Source: Tubulanus polymorphus
Lineage: Eukaryota; Animalia; Nemertea
Direction of reading: 5' to 3'
NCBI RefSeq assembly: GCF_964204645.1
Contig: NC_134030.1
Span: forward strand, 1,905,355-1,969,354
Length of the DNA stretch: 64,000 bases
The translations under genes and the position numbers were made by a program. Numbering within the stretch: the stretch's first letter is position 1; the number at the start of each line of letters is the position of its first letter. This document shows, in pieces, positions 23,501 to 35,500 of the stretch. The notes below the pieces were generated by a model. It searched no databases, was not told the DNA's origin, and saw only the letters and a list, made by a program, of their open reading frames with translations.

Positions 23501-26500
23501 TTTTGATAAACCCTCATTTACTCAGAGACAGATATAGAGAGAGGGGAGAGAGGGGAGAGAGGGGAGAGGAGAGGGGTTATTAGAATCAATAACCCACAAT
23601 CAGAAGAAGAATGATTGCGGATCTCGATTCTACTACCAGCTTTAGAAAGTCTAATCAATCTCAACAGGGAGACTGAGACTCTCTCTCTCTCTCTCTCTCA
23701 CTCTCAACCTCTATCTACCTGTTTCTCTAAAACCACTAAACACCTCTGTATTTCTTCGCTCCAAGCAAATGAGGATTTATAGAAACATTTACAGCATGAA
23801 CCTTTAGCAGCTTAAAGAGTTTTATAATGAAAGCCATGCAGGGGGGTCAGACGTATATCATGTTTTGAATTTCGATGCTATACTCAACATGTTTGTTAAA
23901 GAAATTCTGCCAAAAACTTAGTTAGAAAGTTTGATAAATTCATCTTCATAAATAGTTCTACTAGTTACTGGTATTAGTATCTATTTGTTAATGAAAGATT
24001 TATCTATAAAAGCAGTTACCGGTATATGAAAAAATCTGTATTAGAAGTAAGGGGAAAAGGCTAGTTACAGTGGAACCTTGTTATAACAAACTATCTGTTA
24101 CGATGAACAGATTTTATGGTTCCCTGAAGTTTGTTGTATCAAGGTTCCACACTGTATATAGAACTATCCGTTATAACGAACAGATTTTCTGGTGCCCTGA
24201 AGTTCGTTGTAACGAGGTTCCGTTGTATGTACATATCCTGCATGGATTTCAAGATATCCAACGCACAACTGTAAGCAAGATTTGTATCATTCTATCTCTC
24301 ACTTACTTGTTCTCTAATCTGCTGCTGAAATGATACATAATGACAAATGTTCCTTTCATGGTTTTCTGTTTTTTTATTGTTTGTTTCTGAAGGAAAACTA
24401 AAAACCTCACTCGCCGGGGAACCTGGAGGTCTCATATACGAGATCTAGACCCAGTTGCACAGTCAAGACCGGTCTCGCTTTAAGTTAGATCTATAGTTTA
24501 GAAAATGTAATGAGCTTAGACTGGTTTTATCTGAATTTGTGGTAAAATATGTGCATCAAATCACAAATGAACTAAGTATCAGTAAATATAATAGGACCTG
24601 GCTTCAGAGTGACCGTAGACAATGTGTGAGGGTGCAAACTACCCAAGCCGGTCAATTTTACTTGATTCAGGTCTGACTGTAGAGTTCAAGAACATGTCAG
24701 ATCGCAGGACACAGAACTCAGCTCCACAGTTCGTGATTTAAACTTCACTTTGTTGGGTTAAAACATTGTAAACGAACTGATTCTAACGGTAAGAGAACTG
24801 TAGAACTGGATTCTGATGAATATTTAATCGATTGGCTCTCAATACCAGCAGAGTTTAAATCTGTCACGCTGTAGGTAGCACTATATCAGAGACTGAGGCA
24901 GTTATCATTATTTACCTCTAGTAATTGTTGAGCTCTCATTTCCCTCTCAATGCGTATCTGTTCTAAACGTTGCTGTCTTTCCTGTTCTTTATGATTCTTC
25001 AATTCTTCTCGTTGTTTCTTTCGTTCAAGTGCTGGAAATTATTAAACAACGATAAAAAATCTATCGTTATTTCATACGTTATATTCAGAACCAACATCAG
25101 CCGTATTCTTGAAGATGATTTGAAATGTTTATCAAACTACACTAGCTCAAGGAAACATTTCACTCTTTTTATTCTTAGTGTGCAGGGATTTTATATTATC
25201 CTTACAGCACGGACTCAGAATGTTTCATCAATGGTTATAATGAGGACAACATCAGTATTCCTGAAGATGACTATTAGGATAAAGTCGAAACGTTGATTTA
25301 ACTACACTAGCTCAAGGAATACAGTATTCCCGAAGATGACTATTAGGATATAGTCGAAACGTTGAATAAACTACACTAGCTCAAGGAATACAGTATTCCT
25401 GAAGATGACTATTAGGATAAAGTCGAAACGTTGAATAAACTACACTAGCTCAAGGAATACAGTATTCCTGAAGATGACTATTAGGATAAAGTCGAAACGT
25501 TGAATAAACTACACTAGCTCAAGGAATACAGTATTCCTGAAGATGACTATTAGGATAAAGTCGAAACGTTGATCAAACTACACTAGTTCAAGGAATACAG
25601 TATTCCTGAAGATGACTATTAGGATAAAGTCGAAACGTTGATCAAACTACACTAGTTCAAGGAATACAGTATTCCTGAAGATGACTATTAGGATAAAGTC
25701 GAAACGTTGATCAAACTACACTAGCTCAAGGAAACATTTCAGATTTTATTTTCACATCATTAGTGTGGGACTTTATATGTAATCAACACAGCATGGACTC
25801 AGAGTGTGTTCATCAATGGTTTTTCACTGGAGTTCTGATTTCGTCAGCCAAAGTTCTCCAGAAGTCACCCTCTGCGTTACTAAGACCAGCGCCTACGGTT
25901 TGTTTAACTCTCCTGTTGTGTATATGCTACACATTCAGATGCAGCTATGTACTCTACAGATACAGATAACTATGATATTTTTACCTCTCATTTGTTTGGC
26001 TTTTTTCAACGATTCGTATTTCTGTAATTTCTCCAGGCGTTTTTTCGCTTTAATTTCCGCCGCTTTTTTGGCAATTTCTGAAACGCATGAATTACGCAGA
26101 ATTAACGACGAAATATAGTCACTTACCGCAGTTAGAACAGTTCGAATACAATACCTTGTTGTTCGAGTTTTCGTTTTAATTTTGTCTCGCTGTAAGAGCA
26201 GCCCTCCCGCAGACCGACCAGTTTACGTTTTTTAGAAGATGATTTGTCAGTTTTTAGAGCGGTCAGCGCCGCCTGGTTTCGTGATAACATGAATCGTTCT
26301 GTCACCTCGGTTTCCGACAGTAATACATAGCCCTGCTGTAATACACATATGTAATACATTAATAAGTAGATACAGTTAGTTCTCTATGAGGTGTTGATGG
26401 TCTACAGGGTCCTGTTTTTACGAAAAGATTAAACTCCAATTTTTGGTTTTAATTGCTATTGGTTGGACCTCATGTTTTCAACGAGGATAACAATATTCAA

Positions 26501-29500
26501 ACTTTACTGATTTTAGCTTAAACACTTTAATGAAAGTGGTTGGAAGATTGTTTATATGAACAGCCACTGGAATTTCCATAAAACTCCCAAGTTGTTATAT
26601 ATACAAGAACCAGAATCGAAACTTACAATTATGTACTTTTGATTCAAACAAAAATTCTGTAAATTCAACCGATCATTCGACTCTATCTATTTGGTTTTCA
26701 ATTTCAAAATCAAGTCCCAATCAAATCAAATCATCCAATAAATAAGCGGGACAATCATTTTCGAGGATTGGTGGGGTTTGTAAAGAATAGATGAAGTTAG
26801 TAGTTAAATGAAAACCTACATTTTCTCGTAATTCTAAGAAATCACCGACGTTCACTCGCGGCCGGAACGTGAAGTTGTCTAACGTCAGATCAGTTATGTT
26901 GTTCTTCTCCAGATACTGAAATACAATACAATGAGATTCAGGATCTACTTAACTGCAACTATATTTGTGTCTGTTCATCATAAGGTACAATTGCATAACC
27001 ATAAGAAAACCATAAGACTGGTATAAAGTTGTTAGTTTTTATATGGAAGCTAAATGAGTTTGAAAATGGTCTGAACTTGTTAGATGGGTTGTTGTTTTAT
27101 AGAATCAAATAAGCTTAGACCGGTTGCAAGTTGTTAGATTGGTTATAGAACCAAAATGTGCCAAGACTGGTCGTATATCTTAGTTTTGACTCTGCAACTG
27201 GCCCAAGGGGCTAAATCTATAGACTATTGGTCTCATGTCTAAGCCACAACGGTGCAACTGACCTCTGACTACGAGTCAGGGTTAAAACTGAACTCTAAAT
27301 GAACTGATAGTTAAGGAGAGGATGGGTTCAGATCTTACCCGCGTAACATCAGGATAAGTTCGTAGTTTTCTACTGCATGGAGTATGATAAATAACTTCAC
27401 CCAATAATCCACCTCTAGAACTAACTGATTTAATTCTCGTCTCGCGGCGCCACCTATAAACAAACATAGCCATTACCGATACTGTATACACAGCCACAAC
27501 CAGAAAATGGTGGCATTTTTGAACTGACACTACTATAAGCTCAATCATAGGGAGGGGCTGTTGAAAATGACAACGTACTTTACATATGACTCTCAATGGC
27601 TAAAAACTTCGAGAATAAAATAGACAATAGTTTATACGAACCCGTATTCTAATGGAATTCTTAACTCTGTTTCATCCAGTAACTTTCTACGTTTAGGTTT
27701 AACTACAATAAAACAGAAAGAGAGACAGAGATGAATAAATGGAATTCAGAGGTTAGGGGTAAAATAGCTCTAAAGTTGGTAACAGTTGCTTGATGGATAA
27801 ATGCTGAAATGACAATTGAAATAACAGCTGCCCATCGATGCTCAGACAGGTAACCAATACTGACTGAGCTAGGCCACACGGCGTCTTCACAAGCAAAGAT
27901 GAAATAGACATTAACCAGTGACATCTTTACACATTCACGATTCTAATGTAAAGAGTGTGAATTCAGACGCAGTCAGTTATAACTCACCCTCACGTTTACA
28001 ATGGTTTGTCCACAAGTTAACTCTTACCAACAACTTTTGAGCAATTTCTTTTTAAGTTTTCCCTTTTTCTATATTTTCCTGGTTCCCTGAGTTTTCCAGG
28101 TCAGTGCCCCCCCCTGAATCTGCAACCTGTGATATCTTTAGTAGACATTCACCATTCTAATGTAAAGAGTGTGAATTCAGACACGGTCTGTTTTGAGAAA
28201 CTCACCCTCAGCGTCGGAATGTTGATTATCGTCTTTTTTGTTGACTCGTTTTTTACGTTTCGGTTGTTTTTCAGTTCGTGTTTCACTCATCGAACGGTCG
28301 GAACTACTTTCACCCGATTCACTTGAACTATCGCCAGAATCGGATTCTGAAAATATAATTACGCGATATTATTACGATATTATTACAATTTTAGCACGTT
28401 TGCTGTCACTGTGATTATACAGCGCTGCCCCCTATTGCCACTAAGAGTATACCAGTTATTGGCAATCAAACTGTTACATGGACAGCTGTTGTTCAAAACT
28501 GACCATTGGGAATTGAGAATGAAACAAGAGTTTGTTAACATTGCCAACCAATCAGATTCCAAGATGGATCGGCTATGAGATGTCTCATAGTGGCAATGAT
28601 GGCTGAACTGGAACTATGAGATATAGTGGCAATGATGGTTGAACTGGAACTATGAGATATCTCATAGTGGCAATGATGGCAGAACTGGAACTATGAGATA
28701 TCTCATAGTGGCAATGATGGCTGAACTGTAACTATGAGATATCTCATAGTGGCAATGATGGCTGAACTGGAACTATGAGATATCTCATAGTGGCAATGAT
28801 GGAAGAACTGGAACTATGAGATATCTCGTAGTGGCAATGATGGCTGAACTGGAACTATGAGATATCTCGTAGTGGCAATGATGGCTGAACTGGAACTATG
28901 AGATATCTCGTAGTGGCAATGATGGCTGAACTGGAACTATGAGATATCTCGTAGTGGCAATGATGGCTGAACTGTAACTATGAGATATCTCATAGTGGCA
29001 ATGATGGCTGAACTGGAACTATGAGATATCTCATAGTGGCAATGATGGAAGAACTGGAACTATGAGATATCTCGTAGTGGCAATGATGGCTGAACTGGAA
29101 CTATGAGATATCTCGTAGTGGCAATGATGGCTGAACTGGAACTATGAGATATCTCGTAGTGGCAATGATGGCTGAACTGGAACTATGAGATATCTCGTAG
29201 TGGCAATGATGGCTGAACTGTAACTATGAGATATCTCGTAGTGGCAATGATGGAAGAACTGGAACTATGAGATATCTCGTAGTGGCAATGATGGCTGAAC
29301 TGGAACTATGAGATATCTCGTAGTGGCAATGATGGCTGAACTGGAACTATGAGATATCTCATAGTGGCAATGATGGAAGAACTGGAACTATGAGATATCT
29401 CGTAGTGGCAATGATGGCTGAACTGGAACTATGAGATATCTCGTAGTGGCAATGATGGCTGAACTGGAACTATAAGATATCTCGTAGTGGCAATGATGGT

Positions 29501-32500
29501 TGAACTGGAACTATGAGATATCTCATAGCTGTTTTAATTTTAAGATGTAAGCAAGAGGACGGGTTACTACCTGAATTTCCTGATCTCTCTTCATCCTGTT
29601 TAGACTTGTCTTTATTTGATGTTTTTCCCTGAAATCGTAAAATTTTCGACATAAACATCACAACAATATCAATCAATCAATCGATCGATCAATCAACCAA
29701 TCAACCAATTGATCAATCATTCAATCAATCCATTTTTGTTGGGTTGAAGAAAGTTGAAAAAAGAGAGGAATAGATAACACAAAAGAGATGAAGTTTAGCA
29801 GCAGAAAGTGCACAGATTTATCACTATCACTGATCCTAAGTGTAAGTTGTGGTCAACTTTTATAATCGGATGGATTTATGTGGCATGTGAAACTAAACCA
29901 TTCATTGACTACACTGACCCCTTTGGTCCTTACTAGAGCCCAACACACTGACCATCGCTGACCCTTAACTGACCATCGCTGACCCTTACTGACCCAACAT
30001 CTAGGATTATTAGGTAATTAAAGTCCTCAAACTCTGTATAGGTAGGCAGGACAGTTGCAGCTTTGTCTTGAAACAAAAACGTATCTCGGGAAAGTTCTTT
30101 CAAGTCATCTTAGTTTATCCAGTAGGATAACTTTTAGACTTTGCCAGAATCATTTTCACACATGCTTGAATAGTTTCGAAACAAAGAACAGACGTGTATG
30201 ACCATATATGAAGGGAGGTGGGGGCAGTGGGAGCTGTGGGGGTGGTGGGAGCTTACAGTTTTAGAAACTGTCGCCGTAACTTGTGACACTGACGTCTTTT
30301 GTTGTTGTTGTTGTTGTTTAAGTTTCTGTTGTTTTTTTAAAGCATCTGTCTCTGCTTTCCTCGCCAGTTTCAGTTGTAACTGTTGCTGTTTTATTTGAGC
30401 TTCCAGGTGAATCTTCAATTCTTCTTGTTGACGTTTCTGCTCCTAACCGAGAAATGATCAATCAATCAAAGGCTTTTTAAACCCCGCCCCCCCGTACACA
30501 CACCGGGCGCTTGCGATTATCGTCTATGATTTGTGGTGTAAAAACTGTGCGTTGTAAGCGAGAAAGAGTTAACAACATCAAATTCATGAAGCCAAACACA
30601 ACATCAAATACCATCGATTACCAGAAACCACCGGAGCCTGTCTTCGGATAATACCAGGATTTATAGACTAGCGTTGACTTGAACTCAGGGTTCAAAGTCG
30701 CGCAGTTATCATTTATATATAAGACCTGTCTAAGACAATCTTAGCTCTATAGCTGATCTAACAACATAAGACCAGTCTAAGTTCATTTTGGTTCGATAGC
30801 CAATTTTACAACTCAGAACTAGATTTAAGACCACTTTTGGACTTAAAGTTATGACTGTACAGCCCATAGGACTGTACAGCTCATACTGACCCACAGGTAA
30901 CTCGCACTTACTCAACTTTTGGAATGACCTAAATAACAACTGTGCAACTGAGCCCAGGGGCCAGTTGCACAGTCGTGACTTAAGTCCACAAGTGGTCTTA
31001 AATCTTTAGACTGGTCTTAAGTTGTTAGATTGGTTATAGAACTAAGTTGGTCTTAGACTGGTCTTAAGTCTAAGCCATGATTATGCAACCGGCCCCAGGA
31101 CCTCAGTAACCCTTGTCTATAAAACCGGCTACTTCCTCTACCCCTCAATCTACCTCCCTCTAATCGGGGTAACCCTTCCATCAATTCCAAGTATGTTCAT
31201 TTCAGCGCCGTTGTTTCAGCCTACCTTCATCTGAGCCTCAAGCATTTGTTGTTGGAGAACCCATGTTTTAGGTTTACGACCTCGTTTCTTTGGTTGAGGA
31301 GTCAATACTGAATGAAAGCCGGGTGTTAAACACCAGGTCGGGTCAAATAATCCGTCGCTAACGTCTATATACGACCCTGATTCTTTCTTTGTTAAATCTA
31401 ACGGTGATGTTTGAGACGAGATGGCTGCTTGATCGGAACTAGTAGAGTTTTCATTCCTCCGTTTGTTTTTCTTTCGATCGCGTTGTTCTTTTTTCTTTAA
31501 AAAGTGGTTTAAAAAGCGGAGAAAAAAATTTTTCCCGTTACAAAAATGACGATGATGACCTTTTGTTTTACTCATGTCCTGGACCCGGCTGCTCAGGAGA
31601 GTCTCAGGAGAGTTCAAACATTGAAAATACAAAACTAATTCAAAAGTGGAGCCGAATTGAACCAAAACCCGTGAAACAGGGTCCAGAGAACTGGTTCCAG
31701 TTCCACAGTTTTGTCCTTGTTTGACTCTATAGAGTTCAAATATGTTCCATTTTAACTCTAGTTTCAAACTCTTGAGAACTAGGGTTAAGATTTATCACCA
31801 AACAGTTATGAATTTGGAATCAATTTTGATAAAACAAGAGGTTTCAAACCATTTATGACTGAACACCCCGCCCCCTCACATCAACACCACCAGCAGACAA
31901 CAATATATCCACAATTAAACACAAAACTATCCACCACAAAAACTCGATCAAAACATTCAACAAAAATTTGAAAAAAAAATAGATCATCAACAAACAAAGG
32001 AAAAAACCTTCCTTTTACTCTAGGAATAAATACTCTGTTTATAACGTTACTTTACGCGGCAACTTTGTTGGCAATTGAAAAAATATTTTGAAAAACTTGA
32101 CCCAATATTTCACACTGCGTGAAACTGAAGCGAAATGGAAAAAAAAACTCATATCTCGACTTAAAAACTAATGCATTTAAAAAGAAAGAGAATTTAGAAA
32201 GTGAAGACGTCGCGGATTGTGGAGAAATGAAAAATAATCTAAGTGAAAGTTTGAAATTGAAGTCTGCTGATGAGAGATGAGAGATTGGAGTAATCAAGAA
32301 TAAATAGATGCATTAGTTAGAACTGAATCCACTTCCACAGTTCCACAGTTACAGTTTGACTCAGTTATACAGTTTGACTCAAAAGAGCTGAAATTACAAT
32401 GTAGTCTATTTCCAATGCTCGGAGTCAAATCGTAATTCACAACCAGTAGAACTGGATCTACAGTTATTTTCATGAGTTCAATCATTAAATGTGATCAAAT

Positions 32501-35500
32501 CGGATCTATGAATGATTTGAGGCAAGATAAAATTAACTCATTGAATTTCCGCTATGACCTGGACCCAGTTCCACAGTCGTGAGTTAGAGTTAACTCTGAG
32601 TTAAGGTTAGTTCATTTTCAATTAGTTAACTCAGAGTTAAATCTTAACTCATAACTGTGGAACTGGACCCTGTAGAACAGTAGAACTGGGTTCTGGGCTT
32701 GAATAGAATACAGAGTTATATAAGAGTTAATAGAATATCGATATTTCTTGAATTGTTTAAACTACCGGGCACTAATCGTTGTTTTTTACAAATCACGATT
32801 ATTCGACCATATAACATACCTTTTCCTCTACGTTGTCATTATCGTTTTCATTATCCTTCTCATCCTCTTCGCTGCTCAGTTCGCTCGGTGTATCCATACT
32901 TAAACTTCCCGAACTGATGTCGGAATCGCTTTCGGAACCTTGTTCGACGACAGCGCCACCGCACTATACACGCGTAATACAACAAATAATCAATAGTTCT
33001 CTATTAGAATCTAATTCTGGGGCCAGTTGCACAGTCGTGACTTAAGTCCACAAGTGGTCTTAAATCTTAAGACTGATCTTAAGTTGTTAGATTGGCTATA
33101 GAACTAAGTTGGTCTTAGACTGGTCTTAAGTCTAAGCCATGACTATGCAACCGGCCCCTGAACTCTTTCAGCACAGACTTATCAGTACTGGACCCAGTTC
33201 CACAGTTGTGAGTTAAGATTCAACTCATCAAAAATGAATTGATTTTAACCCAGAGTTAACTCACAACTGTGGAACTGGTCCCTGGGGCCGGTTGCATAGT
33301 CATGGCTTAGACTAAAGACCAGTCTAAGACCAACTTAGTTCTATAGCCGATCTAACAGCTTAAAGACTAGTCTTAAGATTTAAGACCACTTTTGGACTTA
33401 AGTCACGACTATGCAACTGGCCCCGTGTTCTGTAGTTAGAGTATAGGTCAGTATTATTTACCTTACTCGAGGAGTATTGAACAGTGTTTTTAGAATCAGG
33501 GCTACTGCTGCTGGTCGGTATTTTAGGAATGGTCATTATAACCGGAGTCGGAATGCCGGAGTTTGCCGTCGCCGCGGCGACGTTCGGTTTCCGTCCTCGT
33601 TTACTGTTAGACGACTGAAAATTCAAAATTCAAATTTTCAAATGAAGAATTCTTAAAAATTATGTTTTAAGTCGTATTTTACTGTAGATACCTTGTCTTT
33701 GTTACCGGTTGCCTTGGTTACGCTACTCGACTTCGTGGTCGTCATGACCGTTGTCGTCGCTGTTGTCATGGAAACGGCTGATGGAGGATGAACCGGCGGT
33801 GATGATGATGATTTGTTCGATAACGACAGTTGATTGACGGCTAATGCTGAGGATGAAACCGGTGATGACGATGACGGAGAAGATGACGGTAAAAATAAAC
33901 CTGAAAAAATGAGAGAAAATATCGTAATCAGTGATGATTTTAATTTCTGACACTTTCAAACTAGTCTAATTGATATCTTTAATTGTAGAAGTTTTCAACT
34001 AAAATGAGATTAATTTGAAATCATCGAAAAATCGTAGTTCAATTGAAAATGAACCAGAAATTTTTCTGATTTTGTGAGAATTTTGATAATTTTTGGGAAG
34101 TAGAAACTTCTCTCAAACAGTAGTTGTAGAGTCAGGTCTGAACTTTAAATACAGTAGACTCAACGCGGGTTGGATATTTACGGGCAGGAAATAGTTCATG
34201 TCACTTGAGAGTGATATCAGTGAGTTACATAGTATAGTTGAGAGCCAACTCAAGTCAGATTTATTCTAGATTTTTCATTTCAGTTAAACAGTGATTTCTG
34301 AGTTAAAAAGTTATCTCTAAGTTACAGAGTTATCTTTGAGTTAAACAATTATCTCTGAGTTAAACAGTTATCTCTGAGTTAAACTGTTATCTCTGAGTTA
34401 AACAGTTATCTCTGAGTTAAACAGTTATCTCTGAACTAAACAGTTATCTCTGAGTTTAACAGTTATCTCTGAGTTAAACAGTTATCTCTGAGTTAAACAG
34501 TTAACTCTGAGTTAAACTGTTATCTCTGAGTTAAACAGTTATCTCTGAGTTAAACAGTGATCTCTGAACTAAACAGTTATCTCTGAGTTTAACAGTTATC
34601 TCTGAGTTAAACAGTTATCTCTGAGTTAAACAGTTAACTCTGAGTTAAACTGTTATCTCTGAGTTAAACAGTTATCTCTGAGTTAAACAGTTAACTCTGA
34701 GTTAAACAGTTATCTCTGAGTTTAACAGTTATCTCTGAGTTAAACAGTTATCTCTGAGTTAAACAGTTAACTCTGAGTTAAACTGTTATCTCTGAGTTTA
34801 ACAGTTATCTCTGAGTTAAACAGTTTTCTCTGAGTTACAGAGTTATCTCTGAGTTAAACAGTTATCTCTGAGTTAAACTGTTATCTCTGAGTTAAACAGT
34901 TATCTCTGAGTTCAATGTTTATCTATGAGTTGTGTAGAGCCTACAGTAAAATTTTCTCTGATTTTCAGTTTTCCAATATTTTATTTCTCATTTGAATCAA
35001 TAAAAAACGTTATACATTCCAGCAGCAGATACAAAACAATAGATTAAGAGAGAATATGAATACATCAAGAGTCTGCATGCATTAAAATGATAAACATCAG
35101 TTAGAGAGGGAGAAGGGAGGGAGAAGGGAGGGAGAGAGATAGATCAGAAAACATGCAGCAGTTACAAACAGCGAAGAAATCATTAATTTTCATATATACA
35201 CAACACTTTCAAGTAAATATGGGAACTGATTATGAATCAGTATCAGTAATAAGGGTGGAGTTAATGCTTTAAACGTTCATTCGTATCAGATACAAGAAAT
35301 AAAACAGGCCAGAGATGAAGTCATTATCAGTCCTCTTTCAGTTCCACAGTTGTGAGTCCACTATGAGACTTCATTTTCAAAGATTTAACTCAGATTTGAA
35401 TTTTAACGCTCAGAACTGTTGAACTGGATATCGCGAAGAGCTGGCACTGAATTCCTCAATCCTGATGATGATAGTGGTAACAATGTTCTACTATAGTACC

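Noticed and set aside
28573-29528. CRISPR-like array (palindromic repeats)
   Set aside because: The intervening sequences are identical rather than unique spacers; the context is a eukaryotic intron with no cas genes.
31495-31767. Upstream extension of the BAZ2B exon 31494-31225 ORF
   Set aside because: It runs into MITE-derived and intron-like sequence, and the TTTTTAAAG acceptor at 31494 fits the phase. An alternative acceptor cannot be excluded.
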